Origin: Octopus vulgaris
Taxonomy: Eukaryota
Assembly: GCA_951406725.2 (NCBI GenBank)
Contig: OX597821.1
Location: 84,382,001 to 84,446,000 of the forward strand
Reading direction: 5' to 3'
DNA length: 64,000 nucleotides
Numbering within the stretch: the stretch's first letter is position 1; every line of letters starts with the position of its first letter. The translations under genes and the position numbers were made by a program. The notes under the pieces were generated by a model, which did not search any database, was not told the origin of the DNA, and saw only the letters and a program-made list of their open reading frames with translations. Shown here in pieces: positions 1-12,774 of this stretch.

Positions 1-1805
1 AGACATTCGGCGGGATTCCAGCTGTTGTGGTGTCAAAGGAGAGAAACTATCAACAGCTGAATTTGTCCGTGATTTTACGTCTTCACTAGGGCACATTCTT
101 TTCTTTTCTTTGGGAGTGGGAGGAGACTTAAAACAGGATTTGTTCGATATTCCATTTTCATCTTTTATTTTACCTATAAAAGAGTCAAAGCCATTTTGAT
201 CAGATGTATCAGTCTCTGTTGAAATGTTACTTGAGCTCATAGAAGCTGAACTCTCTGTATTAGGCACTTCACTTTCAGTACTGGAACCTATATCAGATGT
301 TTTAGAGGCTTTGTCACTTTGAGACAGATCATCAGCATTTTGGTAACACTTCACAACAGAAATGTTCTCCTCCTCACACAGAGACCTTGAACCTGACAGA
401 TTATCATCCCATGAATTGCTAAATGGCGATATAGAATCTTTCCCAGTCGAAGAGCAGAAACCAAATTCTTTTCCTAATGGTTTACAGTAACGATATCGAT
501 CTGCAGGTCGAAGCTTTTTCACTTCTGCAAGTTCATCATAAGAATTTGAGAGAAGTGCAGTTAATACTGAATAAGATGTCTTCCGTTTTGTTTCAAACTT
601 TATGGAATGTGGGCAAGAAGTCATGGATTGAAAACAGTTGTTCATTCTATAGGAGCAAAGCTTGCAAAGCTTATCTGTGGAAATCGAATGTTCTTTAAAA
701 TTGCAGCAATTCATCATAAATGGATTTGAAGACATATTCAGACAGTTCATGTTTTTCGAATGAGTGGTGATAACATGATTTTTGGAATCAAACCGACTGA
801 ATGTACTCTTCAAGCATTTACGAGACTTGGGGCTCGCATCAATATTTGAATGACAATGAGATTCACTGGAAGAGGAGTTTTGTGAATTAAGATTTTGATG
901 CCAAAGCATCGAAGTAAGCAGTGAGTTTTCTTCAGAAGATGTTAAGAGAGAATCTTTGTTCTTTCCTTCTTTGTCTCGGAACTTCTGGCAGCAACCAAGA
1001 TTACGCACTGCTGGGGTATTTAACTCTTTTTCACGTCGCAGCTTCTGGTCTAAAACTTTCTGCATCTTACCAACATCAGAAATACTATCTTCACAATTCA
1101 CAGAGTGACCATTCTTATCAACAGCACCAATACTATCAAACAAAGAATTTGAATTATTAAATACTCTTTGACAATTATTAAGATTATCACCAGAGTCATT
1201 ATTATTATTTTTATCATTGTTATTGTTATAAAAATATATATTTTCTGAGTGAAGTTTCAGTTTTTTGGCTATAGAAGAATCAAAATTATAAACACTTTTA
1301 CACTTGAGAGAGTTTACAATCTTTTCAGAATGTTCATCAAACGCATCCTTGGAACAATCAGATATATCACAGTCAAAGCTAGAATCCAGAACGGTGTCCG
1401 ATTCAGAATCATGAATGCCAGCACAAATTTTCATTAAACGTTCAAAGAATCCTACAAAGCCATCATTACGTTTTGAAAAAGTTAAGGAAAATTCCTGAAG
1501 TTTGCCATGTTTTAGAAAAGTTTCTATGATATTCCAACAACAGTTTGACTCCGTAATGGCAGGATGGCACTGAACACGTAACAAGACAACTGAATTTAAC
1601 AACAGATGAACCAATTCTAAATGGCATTCTAAAAATACAGACAGGGTTGAGTTCAAGGTCAGGGAGGTGACGTATGGTGCAAGAGCTAACACTCGTGTTG
1701 CCATTGTGTCAGTCTTCATGCTCGCCTGGACATGTTTTGGAAGGTAACAGGTGACTTTAGGGTCATATTCATATACAGAACACCACATGAAGTCGTGACT
1801 CAAAA
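1..1805 (-). CDS. LRRC41: LRRC41-like gene, large internal exon (continues past the left edge)
   Basis: Acceptor ttttctgtttcag at 1806-1807, phase 1 matching the previous exon. The frame is open wherever checked (VLSHDFMW...LAPYVTSLTL...IIETFLKHGKLQEFSLT...LMKICAG, then Ser/Asn/Asp-rich to ...LESRRMS at base 1). FLKHGKLQEFSL and LMKICAG resemble recalled vertebrate LRRC41 LIHHGAVSQVSL and ILTMSAG. It is absent from the ORF track because there is no stop in the window. Confidence 0.85.
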
Positions 1806-2978
1806 CTGAAACAGAAAAAAAAGAGGTGATATTAAAAAGATGAAAGTAAATGGATTCAAGATATAGTTTGTTTAGTTAAAATTTTAAACCGTTTCAAAAC
1901 AACAGAAGCCGGTAGAGCAAGTTTATCATGGGTTTGAAACGTTACTCGAGTTCATCATTATGTTTCCTTAGCTTTGGCTGCAAAGACACAACAATGTTGA
2001 AACAAAGGGTGTCCTAAAGACCCCTTTTGCTAATAAATCAAGTGTTCTATGGACACACATTCATCTGAAAGGAGACATTCTTCTCCAAAGGTGAAATACA
2101 ACAATAATTAGCATATTACTGTTCAAATTTGTCAGACCATGTATATATATATGTATATATATAACAATTTGAGAAGGAAAAGACAACAACAGTAACAACA
2201 ATATATATTAAATTACAAGAATGACAAATGCAGAGTTTCATTCAAACTTGAAACCATGGAACTTCTTTAGATATAAAAGAAAAACAGTTTCAAAACTTGT
2301 TTAAGCAAGCCTGAACCATTAGTAATGCTTTGGAAATGGCAGTAAATATACCAGGATGTAAAGAAGTGTCTGATGATACTGAATGTTCTCTGCAGTTCAG
2401 AATAATTTCTTCCCTAAACAACAGCAGGCTGCCAATTATGGCTTCTGTTTCCAGTGTTATCTATTACAGCAATTTCTGGTTACTTACCAAACATTTTGCA
2501 ATACAATAGGCCAGGATACTCTCAGCAGTAAACTACCTGAAGTTGATAAGCAACCAAGAGATTGAATTTACTGGATTTAAAAGTAAATTCCACTTAGATT
2601 TCTAATTTTGTCACAACTGGATCATTAATGTCTAAATATCCCTAATAGTGACTCATAATTTTCCAGACTGTTACCTTCATTTTTCAAAAAAGTATATATA
2701 TACAGTATTTGTCAAGGCAACATATACACCCAACCAATCACCTTCAGGTGTCATACTACAAACACCTTCAGGAATAACACACCTAATAATCTAAAAATTA
2801 GGTTAATATTTTGAAACATTATAAAATTATATATCTATAATATATTTCAAGCTCTCAGAAAGTTTTGCAAATCTTAGGCAGAGTTAGGTGAAGTAAACAG
2901 ACAAAACAGCAAATGTTAACATTATGAATTTGATATACACACAAATAGGTATCATCTCATAGTTTCAGAAATAGTTAA

Positions 2979-3198
2979 CCCTTCAGCATTTAAACCAGTT
3001 ATATCCAGCCCAAATATTCTACCTGCTTTATATTCAAACTGGTCAAATCTAACCTTTCACATGTGTCTTCCAAAGTCATTCTAAAAATACACAATCGCAT
3101 GATCAAAATCTTGAAGCTACGAGAAAATGCATGATTAATTGAAAACAAGGTGAATAAATAAGCATTACATTTGACAAAGTAATCTAAATGCTAAAGAA
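2979..3198. mobile_element. Degenerate piggyBac-like (TTAA) MITE
   Basis: ttaa|CCCTTCAGCATTTA ... TAAATGCTAAAGaat; imperfect TIR with a decayed right end. Confidence 0.55.
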
Positions 3199-3296
3199 TA
3201 AAATACAAAATAGATAGGATAAGATATACTCTTCCACACTAGAAGAGAGTGGAAGTGTACAGAATGAAGGTAGAACAGAAGGGAGAAGTGACTTAC

Positions 3297-3479
3297 CTCT
3301 TTCAAGACATAAATGTTTCATACGACAATACTCCTCGAGAAATTTCATAAAGTGCCGATCAATGTAGAGTTGCTTGTGAGTAAGGTTGTGTCGATCCAAG
3401 AGATCTAAAGCACTGCGACTGTATTTCCAAGGCCAACGCCTATTGTAATGAGCTTGCCAGCATTCATCAACATTGACAC
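3297..3479 (-). CDS. LRRC41: LRRC41-like exon (183 nt, phase 1-1)
   Basis: tttcag acceptor and gtaagt donor; encodes GVNVDECWQAHYNRRWPWKYSRSALDLLDRHNLTHKQLYIDRHFMKFLEEYCRMKHLCLER. Confidence 0.9.
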
Positions 3480-3627
3480 CTGAAACAAGATAAATATTCA
3501 ACGACCAAGGTAAGTAATAACACTGTTTAATAACTATGAGGTTAGAATGGATGTTAGCCACTAACCACATGGTAATGAACTTAACATGTTACAATTACCA
3601 ATGCATGGGTCTTTAAAGTACATAACC

Positions 3628-3854
3628 TATTTCTTTACTACCCACAAGGGGCTAAACACAGAGAGGAGAAACAAGGACAGACAAACGGATTAAGTCGATT
3701 ATATCGACCCCAGTGCGTAACTGGTACTTATTTAATCGACCTCGAAAGGATGAAAGGCACAGCCGACCTCGGCGGAATTTGAACTCAGAACGTAGCGGCA
3801 GATGAAATACTGCTAAGCATTTCGCCCGGCGTACTAACGTTTCTGCCAGCTGCC
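3628..3854 (-). mobile_element. tRNA-derived SINE, family B
   Basis: Near-identical to 44628-44858; carries the B-box-like GAGTTCAAATTCC and the GCCTTTCATCCTTTCG core. Confidence 0.85.
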
Positions 3855-4954
3855 AATAATGATTAATTGAAAACCAAAATAATTTCAAACGTCGCTCAGT
3901 ACTCTATAAAAACCACAAAAACGAAAAAAGTTCAGAAAAGGAACTTTAAAAATGGAAACCAGAGGGATGGGGAATCCTAGGAAAAGTCATCTGTTTCAAT
4001 TGATAAAAAAGAAATTAAGAAAATAGAAGAGGTTCTAAGGGAAATAACTGCGTATAACACTACTGCATAAAACGACCAGATTATAAGGAAGTTGAGTGAA
4101 GAAACTCATTCCTTTTATTTCCCCTCATCTCCATTATGTTAAAGAAAATAAAATGGTTAACGATATGTAAATAGCTGATCTCGATTATAGACCCTGTCAA
4201 ATACTTCAGGAATGATATTATTCCTTCCAAACTGCTGCTTAGCACACCTAAATGAAAGCAATGACATTCAGGCTCTCTTTCACAGCAGACTACACAAATC
4301 CTAACACACAACTGCAATGAATACACTAACCCTTATGACAATGCACATCATTGGAATAGCTGACATTTACTTACAGACACAGAAGTGCCAACGTGCCTAG
4401 GACTGGCTGATCAGACTATGCACGTGTACTATTAGCAATCATTGCAACAAGGATGATGTAAAGAAAGAAGAAATCTTATGACAAAGCATGTTTAAGGTTG
4501 AATCATGTACTGCCAGAATGACAATCAGCTGAAATAGCCCTAAATAAATGCTCTACCAATGTATTGGCAAGATTCCTCTAACATATCACCGAGTTGTATC
4601 CATGCAACTAAGCTCGCATTACAAGCTAATAGAAAAAAACGAAAAGTATAAGATGTTAACATTGGCAAGAGAGAAAGACAAAAGCATCTTGGAGCATTAG
4701 TATAAACCAAATGTCATAACTACAAACAATAATCGCAGAAGAGAACGGTGTGTGGAGGTGAGGAATATTCAAGTGAAATAAAATTTGTTCAAGACTTCAG
4801 ATTCTGTTTCCTCTACCAGTTGCAAAGGACCGACAAAAGGTCATGTCTACTACTGCTCTGGCTAAACAATGAAATAAAATGTAAATATAGATACAGAAAT
4901 CTACACAAAATATTTCTGTAATACGTGGCTTCTTCTAAATATAAAGGTATTTGG

Positions 4955-5117
4955 TGACCTCACCAGTGCCGGTACCATGAGAAAAAAGCATCCAGTACAC
5001 ACTGTAAAGTAGTTGGCTTTAGGAAGGGCATGCTAATGTAGATCTGTCTTGTCTGTTCATGCCAAACCATTCAACCCATGCTGGCATGGTAAAAAGGATG
5101 TTAAATGATGATGATGT
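4955..5117 (+). mobile_element. RTE-type 3' end, family D, (GAT)n tail
   Basis: GGTTGGC..AGGAAGGGCAT...AACCCATGCTGGCATGG..GTTAAATGATGATGAT, repeated many times in the window. Confidence 0.65.
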
Positions 5118-5179
5118 AAAGAATTATTCTTTGATTAATCAAAGATTAATAGGGTTATTTTTACATTTTTTTTTTTTAC

Positions 5180-5269
5180 CTTTCTTTAATAGGAATTCTT
5201 CACCAAGCTTAATTAAAGTCCAAGGACACATGTACGCTGAAATTTCTTTCCATAAACGAGGTGGGATAT
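5180..5269 (-). CDS. LRRC41: LRRC41-like exon (90 nt, phase 1-1), cullin-box-like segment
   Basis: ttttcttccag acceptor and gtaaaa donor; DIPPRLWKEISAYMCPWTLIKLGEEFLLKKG resembles recalled LRRC41 [29 protein letters not shown]. Confidence 0.9.
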
Positions 5270-5643
5270 CTGGAAGAAAAAGGGAAAAGGCAAATGAAAT
5301 ATATATTGCAAGAATTCCTTTAAAATAGGTATGTATGTTTGCTGTAATGTTGTATTCCTGAAAAAGTTTCTGTTTGTCTTAATGTCATTGATAACCATAA
5401 AGTAAGAATAGATTATGTTGAGCAGTTGAGTAGTAGAAAGAGCATCTAGCTTTAAAAACAAAAAGTCCCATCTATGATAGTTGTAAACAGATATAAAATA
5501 GCAATAAATGTCTTTCTAAGACTACAAATAACATTACCTGAAGTGCTACAACTCAGGTCAAACAGAAAATGTATACAATTAAATGGGAAGACTAAGAAGG
5601 CAGCGGGTAATAAAAAAAAAATGAAATAGTTGAAACTAAAACA

Positions 5644-6100
5644 CAGGGTGGCCCAGAAGTAGGTTTAGTTATTCAATCATCTCTTTCGTATTTATATATT
5701 AACAAGTTTAGATCTTAATTATAAAAAATCTGAAACCAGTATTCTATGCTAATTTAGTTAATTTTGTCAAGCTCCCTTTTCAGTTAGTAAGATAGAAATT
5801 TAAATGTAATAAAATGCTTGAAAAGAAATTTAACCCTTTCATTACTGTATTTATTTTGAGATGCTCTCAGTTTCTTTCAATTATTTTAAATATAACAAAG
5901 AATTTAGTAAAATAACTTAGTTATTATTAAGCTAGTGTTAGGAATGTAAATTGTGACTAAAGCTTGGTGGAATATTTTAATTCAAAACTTATGAAAACAA
6001 GACATTTTACCACATAGCCAGAGCCGGTTTTAACCGGATTAGTAACAAAAGGGTTAAAGTGCCTATGTGATAACTGTAAACCTACTTTTGGGCCCCTCTG
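5644..6100. mobile_element. Tc1/mariner-like MITE hosting a nested piggyBac MITE
   Basis: TIRs CAGGGTGGCCCAGAAGTAGGTTTA and TAAACCTACTTTTGGGCCCCTCTG|ta; TA flank on the right, CA on the left. Confidence 0.7.
5834..6053. mobile_element. piggyBac-like MITE (220 bp)
   Basis: TTAA target duplications, CCCTTT...AAAGGG termini, second copy at 30223-30444. Confidence 0.85.
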
Positions 6101-6189
6101 TATATTATTCAAAGTCAACAATACTTAAATTTTTTTACAAGTTAATTGTTATGCTAATTGTAGATATACATGGGTTAGATCATTTCAAA

Positions 6190-6535
6190 AAGTGCTTCCT
6201 CAATTGGAATCCATATAAGATTTTTGGAGGCCCACATGACAAAACAGTAAATTGGGGGTCCAATAGCATTCTGCAAAAACTTTGCTTTCAGCATATGTAT
6301 TGGTATGTATAGCAACAAACAGCTAGTTTTCTTGTTTTGTTTTTTTTCTCTCTAATATTTTTCCATAGTTCAACCTACACACGTTAACATGTGTGAAAAA
6401 ACTAAATAGGAATTTTGGAAGAAGTTTGCATAAAACTAGTTTTTAAACATCGAATGGCAATGGGGATCCACAAGAAAATAGAATAAAATAGTAATCAAAA
6501 GGGATCCAGAGACAAAAAAATGGTTGAGAACCCTG
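6190..6535. mobile_element. Degenerate hAT-like MITE
   Basis: Ends GGTTGAGAACCCTG; internal similarity to 32800-33074 and 40345-40515. Confidence 0.5.
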
Positions 6536-6717
6536 ATTTAAAACAAAATAGATAACACACCTAGATTTTATATAAACAACACAAGACCAAATTAAAATAT
6601 CTCAAAATGTATGGAACCCAAAACTTCTCATGTAAAAAAATAGTGTCGGTGACATTTCGTTTTTTTTATCATCTTGTTGTTGGAGAGCCCTTGATCAAAA
6701 CTGATCAAAAAGGCCTC

Positions 6718-7001
6718 TGAAATCGACTAGCCCACCTCACCTAACATTTCAGGCCTTGTGCCTATAATAGAAAGGATTATTATTATTATTATTATTAAGG
6801 AGGTAAGCTGGCAGAATCGTTAGCACATTGGGCAAACTGCTAAGCAGTATTTCGTCTGTCTTTGCCTTTCATCCTTTCGGGGTTCATAAAATAAGTAACA
6901 GCAAAACACTGGGGGGGGGGGGTCGATGTAATCAACTATCCCCCTCCCCACAAATTTCAGGCCTTGTGCCTATAGTAGAAAGGATTATTATTATTATTAT
7001 T
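6718..7001 (+). mobile_element. SINE family B variant with AAAGGATTATTATT tail (tandem pieces)
   Basis: GCTGGCAGAATCGTTAGCAC head, GCCTTTCATCCTTTCGGGG core and CAGGCCTTGTGCCTATAGTAGAAAGG(ATT)n tail, the tail present twice. Confidence 0.75.
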
Positions 7002-7501
7002 AGTTTGCTTCATTTTGACTATCTGACAACTCTGACCACTTTCCCTGTTTAGAAAGAAAGAGTCAGATATCCAGCAATGAAAGCATGCGAGCTAATAATT
7101 GACATCACACACACACACACACACATATGGGATGTAAAAAGTTCTGATAAAAGATTGTTGCTAAAATACATTGTTGTTGCAATTTCCAGGATTTTTGAAA
7201 AGATAGCTATAAAAACACTATTTTTATCTTTTCTAAAATTATCAACAAACTATTAAAAAAAAACGCCAAAAAAAAAAAACCTGTTCTTGTCTACGGCAAC
7301 ATGTAACATGGTAAATAAACAATGATAAAGAAAAGGCTTTATGACAAAGGAACAGATGAATGATCATTTTGCTATGAAACATTTAAAATGATAACATTTG
7401 TATTTAAGTCCTTTATCAACAGCTTATCATTTAGAATGTTTTATAACATATAATCACATAATAGATAGGTTTAAGGTATGGTTCATTCAAGAAATATATA
7501 C

Positions 7502-7614
7502 CTTCATCCAAAGTTTTCTGTGAGAAGTTGGCAATTTCCTTGCCCAGAACTATGGCACATTTCACATGCAGTGTCTGTGGGTTGTTGCTGGGTCGTTCTT
7601 CTTTTAAGAGGCCA
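7502..7614 (-). CDS. LRRC41: LRRC41-like exon (113 nt, phase 2-1), Elongin BC-box
   Basis: ttttag acceptor and gtatat donor; GLLKEERPSNNPQTLHVKCAIVLGKEIANFSQKTLDE contains the BC-box pattern (T/S)LxxxCxxxL. Confidence 0.9.
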
Positions 7615-8404
7615 CTAAAATCAACAAAAAAGAAATATATATTGGAAGCACAATCAAAATCTTGTCAACGTTTTAGAAAATTTTAGTTTTAACATGACCT
7701 CAACTAGAATAATAACAAAAAATGACATTGAGCTAAAATGTGTCAATAATCAGAGATTAAAGCTAAGAAATCATACTCCAAAGTCTGTAACAGTTTACTG
7801 AACAGAAGTTTCATTGACAGGCACATAAGTGTATTTACGAATGTGCATAAGTGCCACTGCACAAGTGCAACGTAGCAGGTGGAAACATCAGCAACAGGCT
7901 AAAGGTGTCAACAATCTTGATAAAGACATGCTACACCTTTTGGTGTTTATTTGGACACAAGCAACATTCAAATGAAACTTACTGATTACAAAATTGATGC
8001 ACAATGAAGGGAAAGACAAGATAAGCCCTGTAATGTTTGTGCCATGAAATAGCTATCTTATTTCGATTATATAACAGATTTTTTTTACAGGTATCAGTTT
8101 TTGCCTACCCTCAAAAATAAGTCAATCATTTTTATCACAACAAAGACCAAGCCATTGACTACCACTAGTGCATAAAATGCATAGATATTTCTTTTTAAAT
8201 GTCAAAATGGACAACCCAGAAGTTTATAAAGAAACACATCATTATGGTGAGCTACAAAACCACATTTCATTTGGTTCATTATGTGTCACAAGTACAGCAG
8301 TGTAGTCACCTTGAGTTATTTTGAAGAAGCTAGTTTATACTTTTCTACATTGATAGAAAGAAAATCAAAATAATATAAATAAAAGAAACTATTTGAAGAG
8401 TTAC

Positions 8405-8485
8405 CTGTCAACCTCATGGCCAAGAAGCTCGGCCAGAAGCCGAGTGGCAAACACATTCTGTATGGCAGCCATCCAGCGCAATAGT
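8405..8485 (-). CDS. LRRC41: LRRC41-like exon (81 nt) with candidate start ATG at 8472
   Basis: ttctttctctag acceptor and gtaact donor; (LLRW)MAAIQNVFATRLLAELLGHEVD joins the next exon in frame (phase 2). Confidence 0.85.
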
Positions 8486-9202
8486 CTAGAGAAAGAAAAC
8501 AAAGGATTTCATATTAAGGATATTTTCCAGTGAAGAATAAAAATAACAAGAAAAAAGGTTATCAGATGAAATAAACAAAACATGGAATGTATTTCATTGA
8601 ACTAAATTAACCTGTCACCATAACTTAGCAGTTTGGCAAAACAGGTTGATAGAATAAGTACCAGACTTTAAAAAAAAAAACCTCTGGGGTCGATTTGCTT
8701 GGCTAAACCCTCCAAGGCAGTTCATCACTATGGCCAGAGTCCAATGACCGAAACAAAAGATAAAAGATTTCTTGCCAACATATTGGTTCATATATATAGG
8801 ATGGGTTAGTCTAGGACATATTTCAGTTTTCATGTTCCATAATTGAAAATATTCTTGTGCCACATAAAAATCACTAAAGCCTCTCTGCTGAGTGGTTGGT
8901 TTTAGGAAGGGCATTCAGCTGTAAAAATCCTGCCAAAACAGTCACAGAAGTTTGTCACAGGTTTTGGCCTGGCCAGCTCTTGTGAAACTGTCCCACCCAC
9001 ACTAGCATGGAAGATGGATATTAAACGATGACGAACAAGGAGTAAATGCAACACATTTGATAAAATAACCTCTTTTTCCTAACAGTTTCAGCTCTCTCCT
9101 CAATGACTTTGTTAGTTACTATTATCCACACACACTCACACACACACTCAAGCTCAGGACAATCTACTATTCCTTATCGTTTAAATATCTACTAATATGT
9201 AC

Positions 9203-9597
9203 AGGCGTGGCTGTGTGGTAAGAAGCTTGCCTTACCAACCACATGGTTCTGGGTTCAGTCCCTCTGCATGGCACCTTGGGCAAGTGTCTACAATAGCCTC
9301 GACCTAACCAAAGCTTTGTGAGTGGATTTGGTAGTCGGAAACTGAAAGTCAGTCAGTCATATGTACATGTATATATACATATGTGAGTGAGTGTGTGTGT
9401 GTATGTCCACCACTGCTTGACAACTAGTGTTGGTGTGTTTACACACCCATAACTTGGCAGTTCGGCAAAAGAGACCGATATAATAAACACCAAACTTAAC
9501 AAAACAAGTAAACATTAAGGTTGATTCATTCAACTAAAGAGGTGATGCCCCAGCATGGCCTCAGTCTAATGACAGAAACCAGTAAAATATAAAAGAT
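9203..9597 (+). mobile_element. tRNA-derived SINE, family A (CORE-like)
   Basis: TGGCTGTGTGG A-box, GGTTCAGTCC B-box, ACCTTGGGCAAGT CORE-like motif, internal (TG)n and shared 3' half. Confidence 0.8.
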
Positions 9598-9897
9598 AAT
9601 AGCCATTAAAGTAGCCTCTTCTTTTAACAAGGAAGACCATTACATCTTCAAAGGTTCAGACAGCCTTAACACTTAATAAAAATGCAAACATCACTCCCTT
9701 AAACACGCTACATGTGCCCTTAATGAGTGCTTCCTAGCTAGAAGTATTCCTACTCACATGATATACAAAGACCTATTGACTTTAATAAGTACATGTGGAA
9801 GTGTTACAAAATCTGTATCAAGACTCAGACTGTCTTTTTTATCTAAAGCATGGTTGTATGGTAAGAAGCTTGCTTCCAAACCATATGGCTCTGGGTT

Positions 9898-10065
9898 TGA
9901 GGTAAATGGACTGAGAAAGTGAGGTAGACCGAGGAAAACATGGAGGGGACAGGTGGAGGAGGTTGGGAGGGTTGGCTTGAGGAGGATGGTGAGATGGTGC
10001 GAGGGCAGTTGCTATGGCATTGAGGTAGATCCAGCCACTCTCGTTAACAGGAACAAAACCAAGAT
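9898..10065 (+). mobile_element. RTE LINE C-terminal fragment
   Basis: Translates EVNGLRK*GRPRKTWRGQVEE, containing the GRPxxTW motif of RTE ORF ends. Confidence 0.6.
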
Positions 10066-10477
10066 TTCAAAAAACACTACGTGACATGTAATATAGTAAG
10101 CTGAAAGATTTCAGTTATCTCGGATAATCCTTGCTATTAAAAGACAAAAATTTCTTCAGGAAGTGTTTAAAGTCTAAAAGTAAAGGAGTTAATATTCCAA
10201 TGGTATTAGTTAATCAAAATTTTTAGAAAATGAAGACAATACAGGAATGCATTTCATATTTAAAAGCCAACTGGTGAAACCAATGGATAGGTTTCGACCT
10301 TATTAGATCTCTTCACCTCAGTTGACTAAAAGATTATCAGTACATAAAGAAATAGAGCGAAAATAGTGACACTGATTATGAATATCAAGTCTATGGGAGT
10401 TATTTCACCCCAGCCTTGTATGCACATATGTGATACTCAAGATCGCTATCTGTATTTGTGAGTATCATGATTTTGTG

Positions 10478-10736
10478 AAGGTGCATGGCTGAGTGGTTAT
10501 GGTGTTGGACTCATGACCCTAAGATTGTGGTTTCACTTCCTAGACTGGGCAATGAGTAGTGCTCCTGAGCAAAACACTTCATTCCATGTTGCTTCAGTCC
10601 ACTCAGCTGGCAAAAATGGGTAACGCTGCAATGGACTGGTGTCTCATCCAGGTGTGGAATATACATGCCACGGAAACCAGGAAACCAGCCCTTTGGGTCT
10701 ATATGATTCAGGAAAGAAATTTACTTTTTACTTTAC
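10478..10736 (+). mobile_element. tRNA-derived SINE, family C
   Basis: TGGCTGAGTGGTTA head, TGAGCAAAACACTTCA core, (ACTTT)n tail; relatives at 25197-25490 and 57707-57990. Confidence 0.7.
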
Positions 10737-11100
10737 CATGATTTCAATGGAAACAGTCCAGTGTGCCAATAAAATGCTTACACTAATGTGCTTTTAAGTA
10801 CAATCCTTTTTGCCTAAGGTAAGATCCAGTACATGTAGGAGTCCTGGAAACTTCAAAACAAAAGGATTTTTCCTCTTATAATTTCAATACAGAGTTGTTA
10901 CTCTGTATTGGAGGTGAATGGCAGACAAAGAACACAACACACAAGGCTTAGAGACGGACAATGCAAACCTATCGGACACACATTTATATTGAACATGCAT
11001 GAACAAGTAATCACACAAACAACTCATACAAAAACAGAACATGTGCAAAAGACTTAGAGATACACACATTTACATAAATTGGTTTTCTGAAAAAATGATA

Positions 11101-11494
11101 TCTTTATATATAAAAGTGAGGTTGTGTGCTGTCTGTCTCCTACGATTTAGATTCCTAACTACTCCTACATTTTGCGGTGCAGTGTAACCAAAACCGGGTA
11201 TCTTATAGTCGTGATTCATATCGAGCCCTTCTGGGTATTAGCACGCGTCTACGATGAGTCTACGATTTAAAAAAAAATTTACCATCAACTTTTCCCATTT
11301 TTAATGCATTTTTGCATATATAAGGGAAGTAACTCTCTAAAAATGTATTATTAAATCTCAGAACGTAAAAAGCTACAGTAACACCCCCCTTTGTGGTTAG
11401 CCATATTCAGATGGCTATTATACTTTACATCTCTAAAAATGCTTATATAGTTATTTCCCTTACAAACCCGAGCAACGCCGGGTGATACTGCTAG
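11101..11494 (+). mobile_element. Non-autonomous Helitron
   Basis: A|TC 5' end, subterminal hairpin ACCCGAGC-AAC-GCCGGGT (11466-11483), CTAG|T 3' end, no TSD. Confidence 0.85.
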
Positions 11495-11794
11495 TTTTAA
11501 CATACAATTAAAAGTAAATTTTGAAGACAAAACAAAAAATAAATTATAGTTTCTGTTTTAGAAAAGTGGGTGAAAGAGAATGACAGCTAATTCACTGTGA
11601 ATATTTATGAGCTAAATTGACTGGATTGTCATGGGTAGAATGCCTTTGTGCTATTTACTTTCATTATGGTGAAATAAAATTTTAAGTAGAAAACAAATCC
11701 CTGAAGGATAACAAAGAGAACAAGACTTTTTTCTTTACGAAATTGCCGCCAAGTAGGTGAACGGTCATAATAAACTTTAAAATTCCTATACCAA

Positions 11795-12062
11795 CAGACA
11801 CACACACATATAGACGCGCATGCAGACACAGCCAGATGCACATGCGCACGCACACACTGCCAGACATGTGCACACAAAGCCAGACGCACACACACAGCCA
11901 GACGCACACACACAGCCAGACGTGCACGCATACCTGGACGCACGCACACACACCACAGCCGGACATGCATGCAGACACCACAGCTGGACACACAGCCGGA
12001 CGCACACGCAGACACACACAGCCGGACACACACAGTCAGACACACATGTGGACACACACACA
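11795..12062. repeat. Degenerate ~18-bp CA-rich minisatellite (CACACACAGCCAGACGCA)
   Basis: Recurring ACAGCC(A/G)GAC units in a (CA)n background; explains five overlapping low-complexity ORFs. Confidence 0.8.
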
Positions 12063-12774
12063 AGGGACTCAACATTGTGTCAAACAAGTTCTTTTGAGAA
12101 TATCTATTAACCAACTATAACTGAAGTGCATACATCAACATGGTAAGCATACGTATGGTAAATATTGCCATGAGAGTTGGGAAATGCAGACAACCAGGGT
12201 ACATAACCAAGAAAGTTACACAGGTTTACAACAGCAGATCATCTAATAAAAGCTTTCAGAACACGCACACACAGCAATGTTGCCAGAAGCTTGTCACAGC
12301 AATGTTGTCAAAAACTTGTCACAACAAAGTTGTCAGAGTAACATAGATAAAAGTTGTAATATCACCTGCAGGATTTGAGTGCCATATCTGCTGGAAACCA
12401 GACAACAGCACTAACCACTAGATCAAAGCAACATTGCAACTTTTACCATCCCAGTTAGAATAGTTAAGATAAGTAGTAAAGGTTATACATACAAGGATGG
12501 GGGTTGCTGAAAAGATCCTGGATTTAAGGGTATTGTGAAAGGCCTGGCTGAAGGCCCAACCTTCCAAGTTCTTTTACAGGGCTTAGAAAAACTGAAGGAC
12601 CTCTGAAATAAGTGTGTGAATCTGAGAGGAGAGTATGTTGAATTAAATCATAACTGATCCTCCTGTATTTTCTCCTACCCAAAGCCAGAAACTTTTCAGC
12701 ACCCCCACCCTCATACTAGTCACCTTTTCACAAAGTATCAAGGTATAGTATTCTGTGTGTGTGTACACCTATTA

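Noticed and set aside
477-1437. Short plus-strand ORFs
   Set aside because: Antisense shadows of the large minus-strand exon.
4081-4326. Extra LRRC41-like exon (acceptor-like tttcatttag near 4248)
   Set aside because: No good in-phase donor, and the 5180 and 3479 exons already join as LKKG-VNV matching the family.
11629-12120. Cys/Val- and His/Thr-rich ORFs
   Set aside because: Translations of a CA-rich minisatellite.
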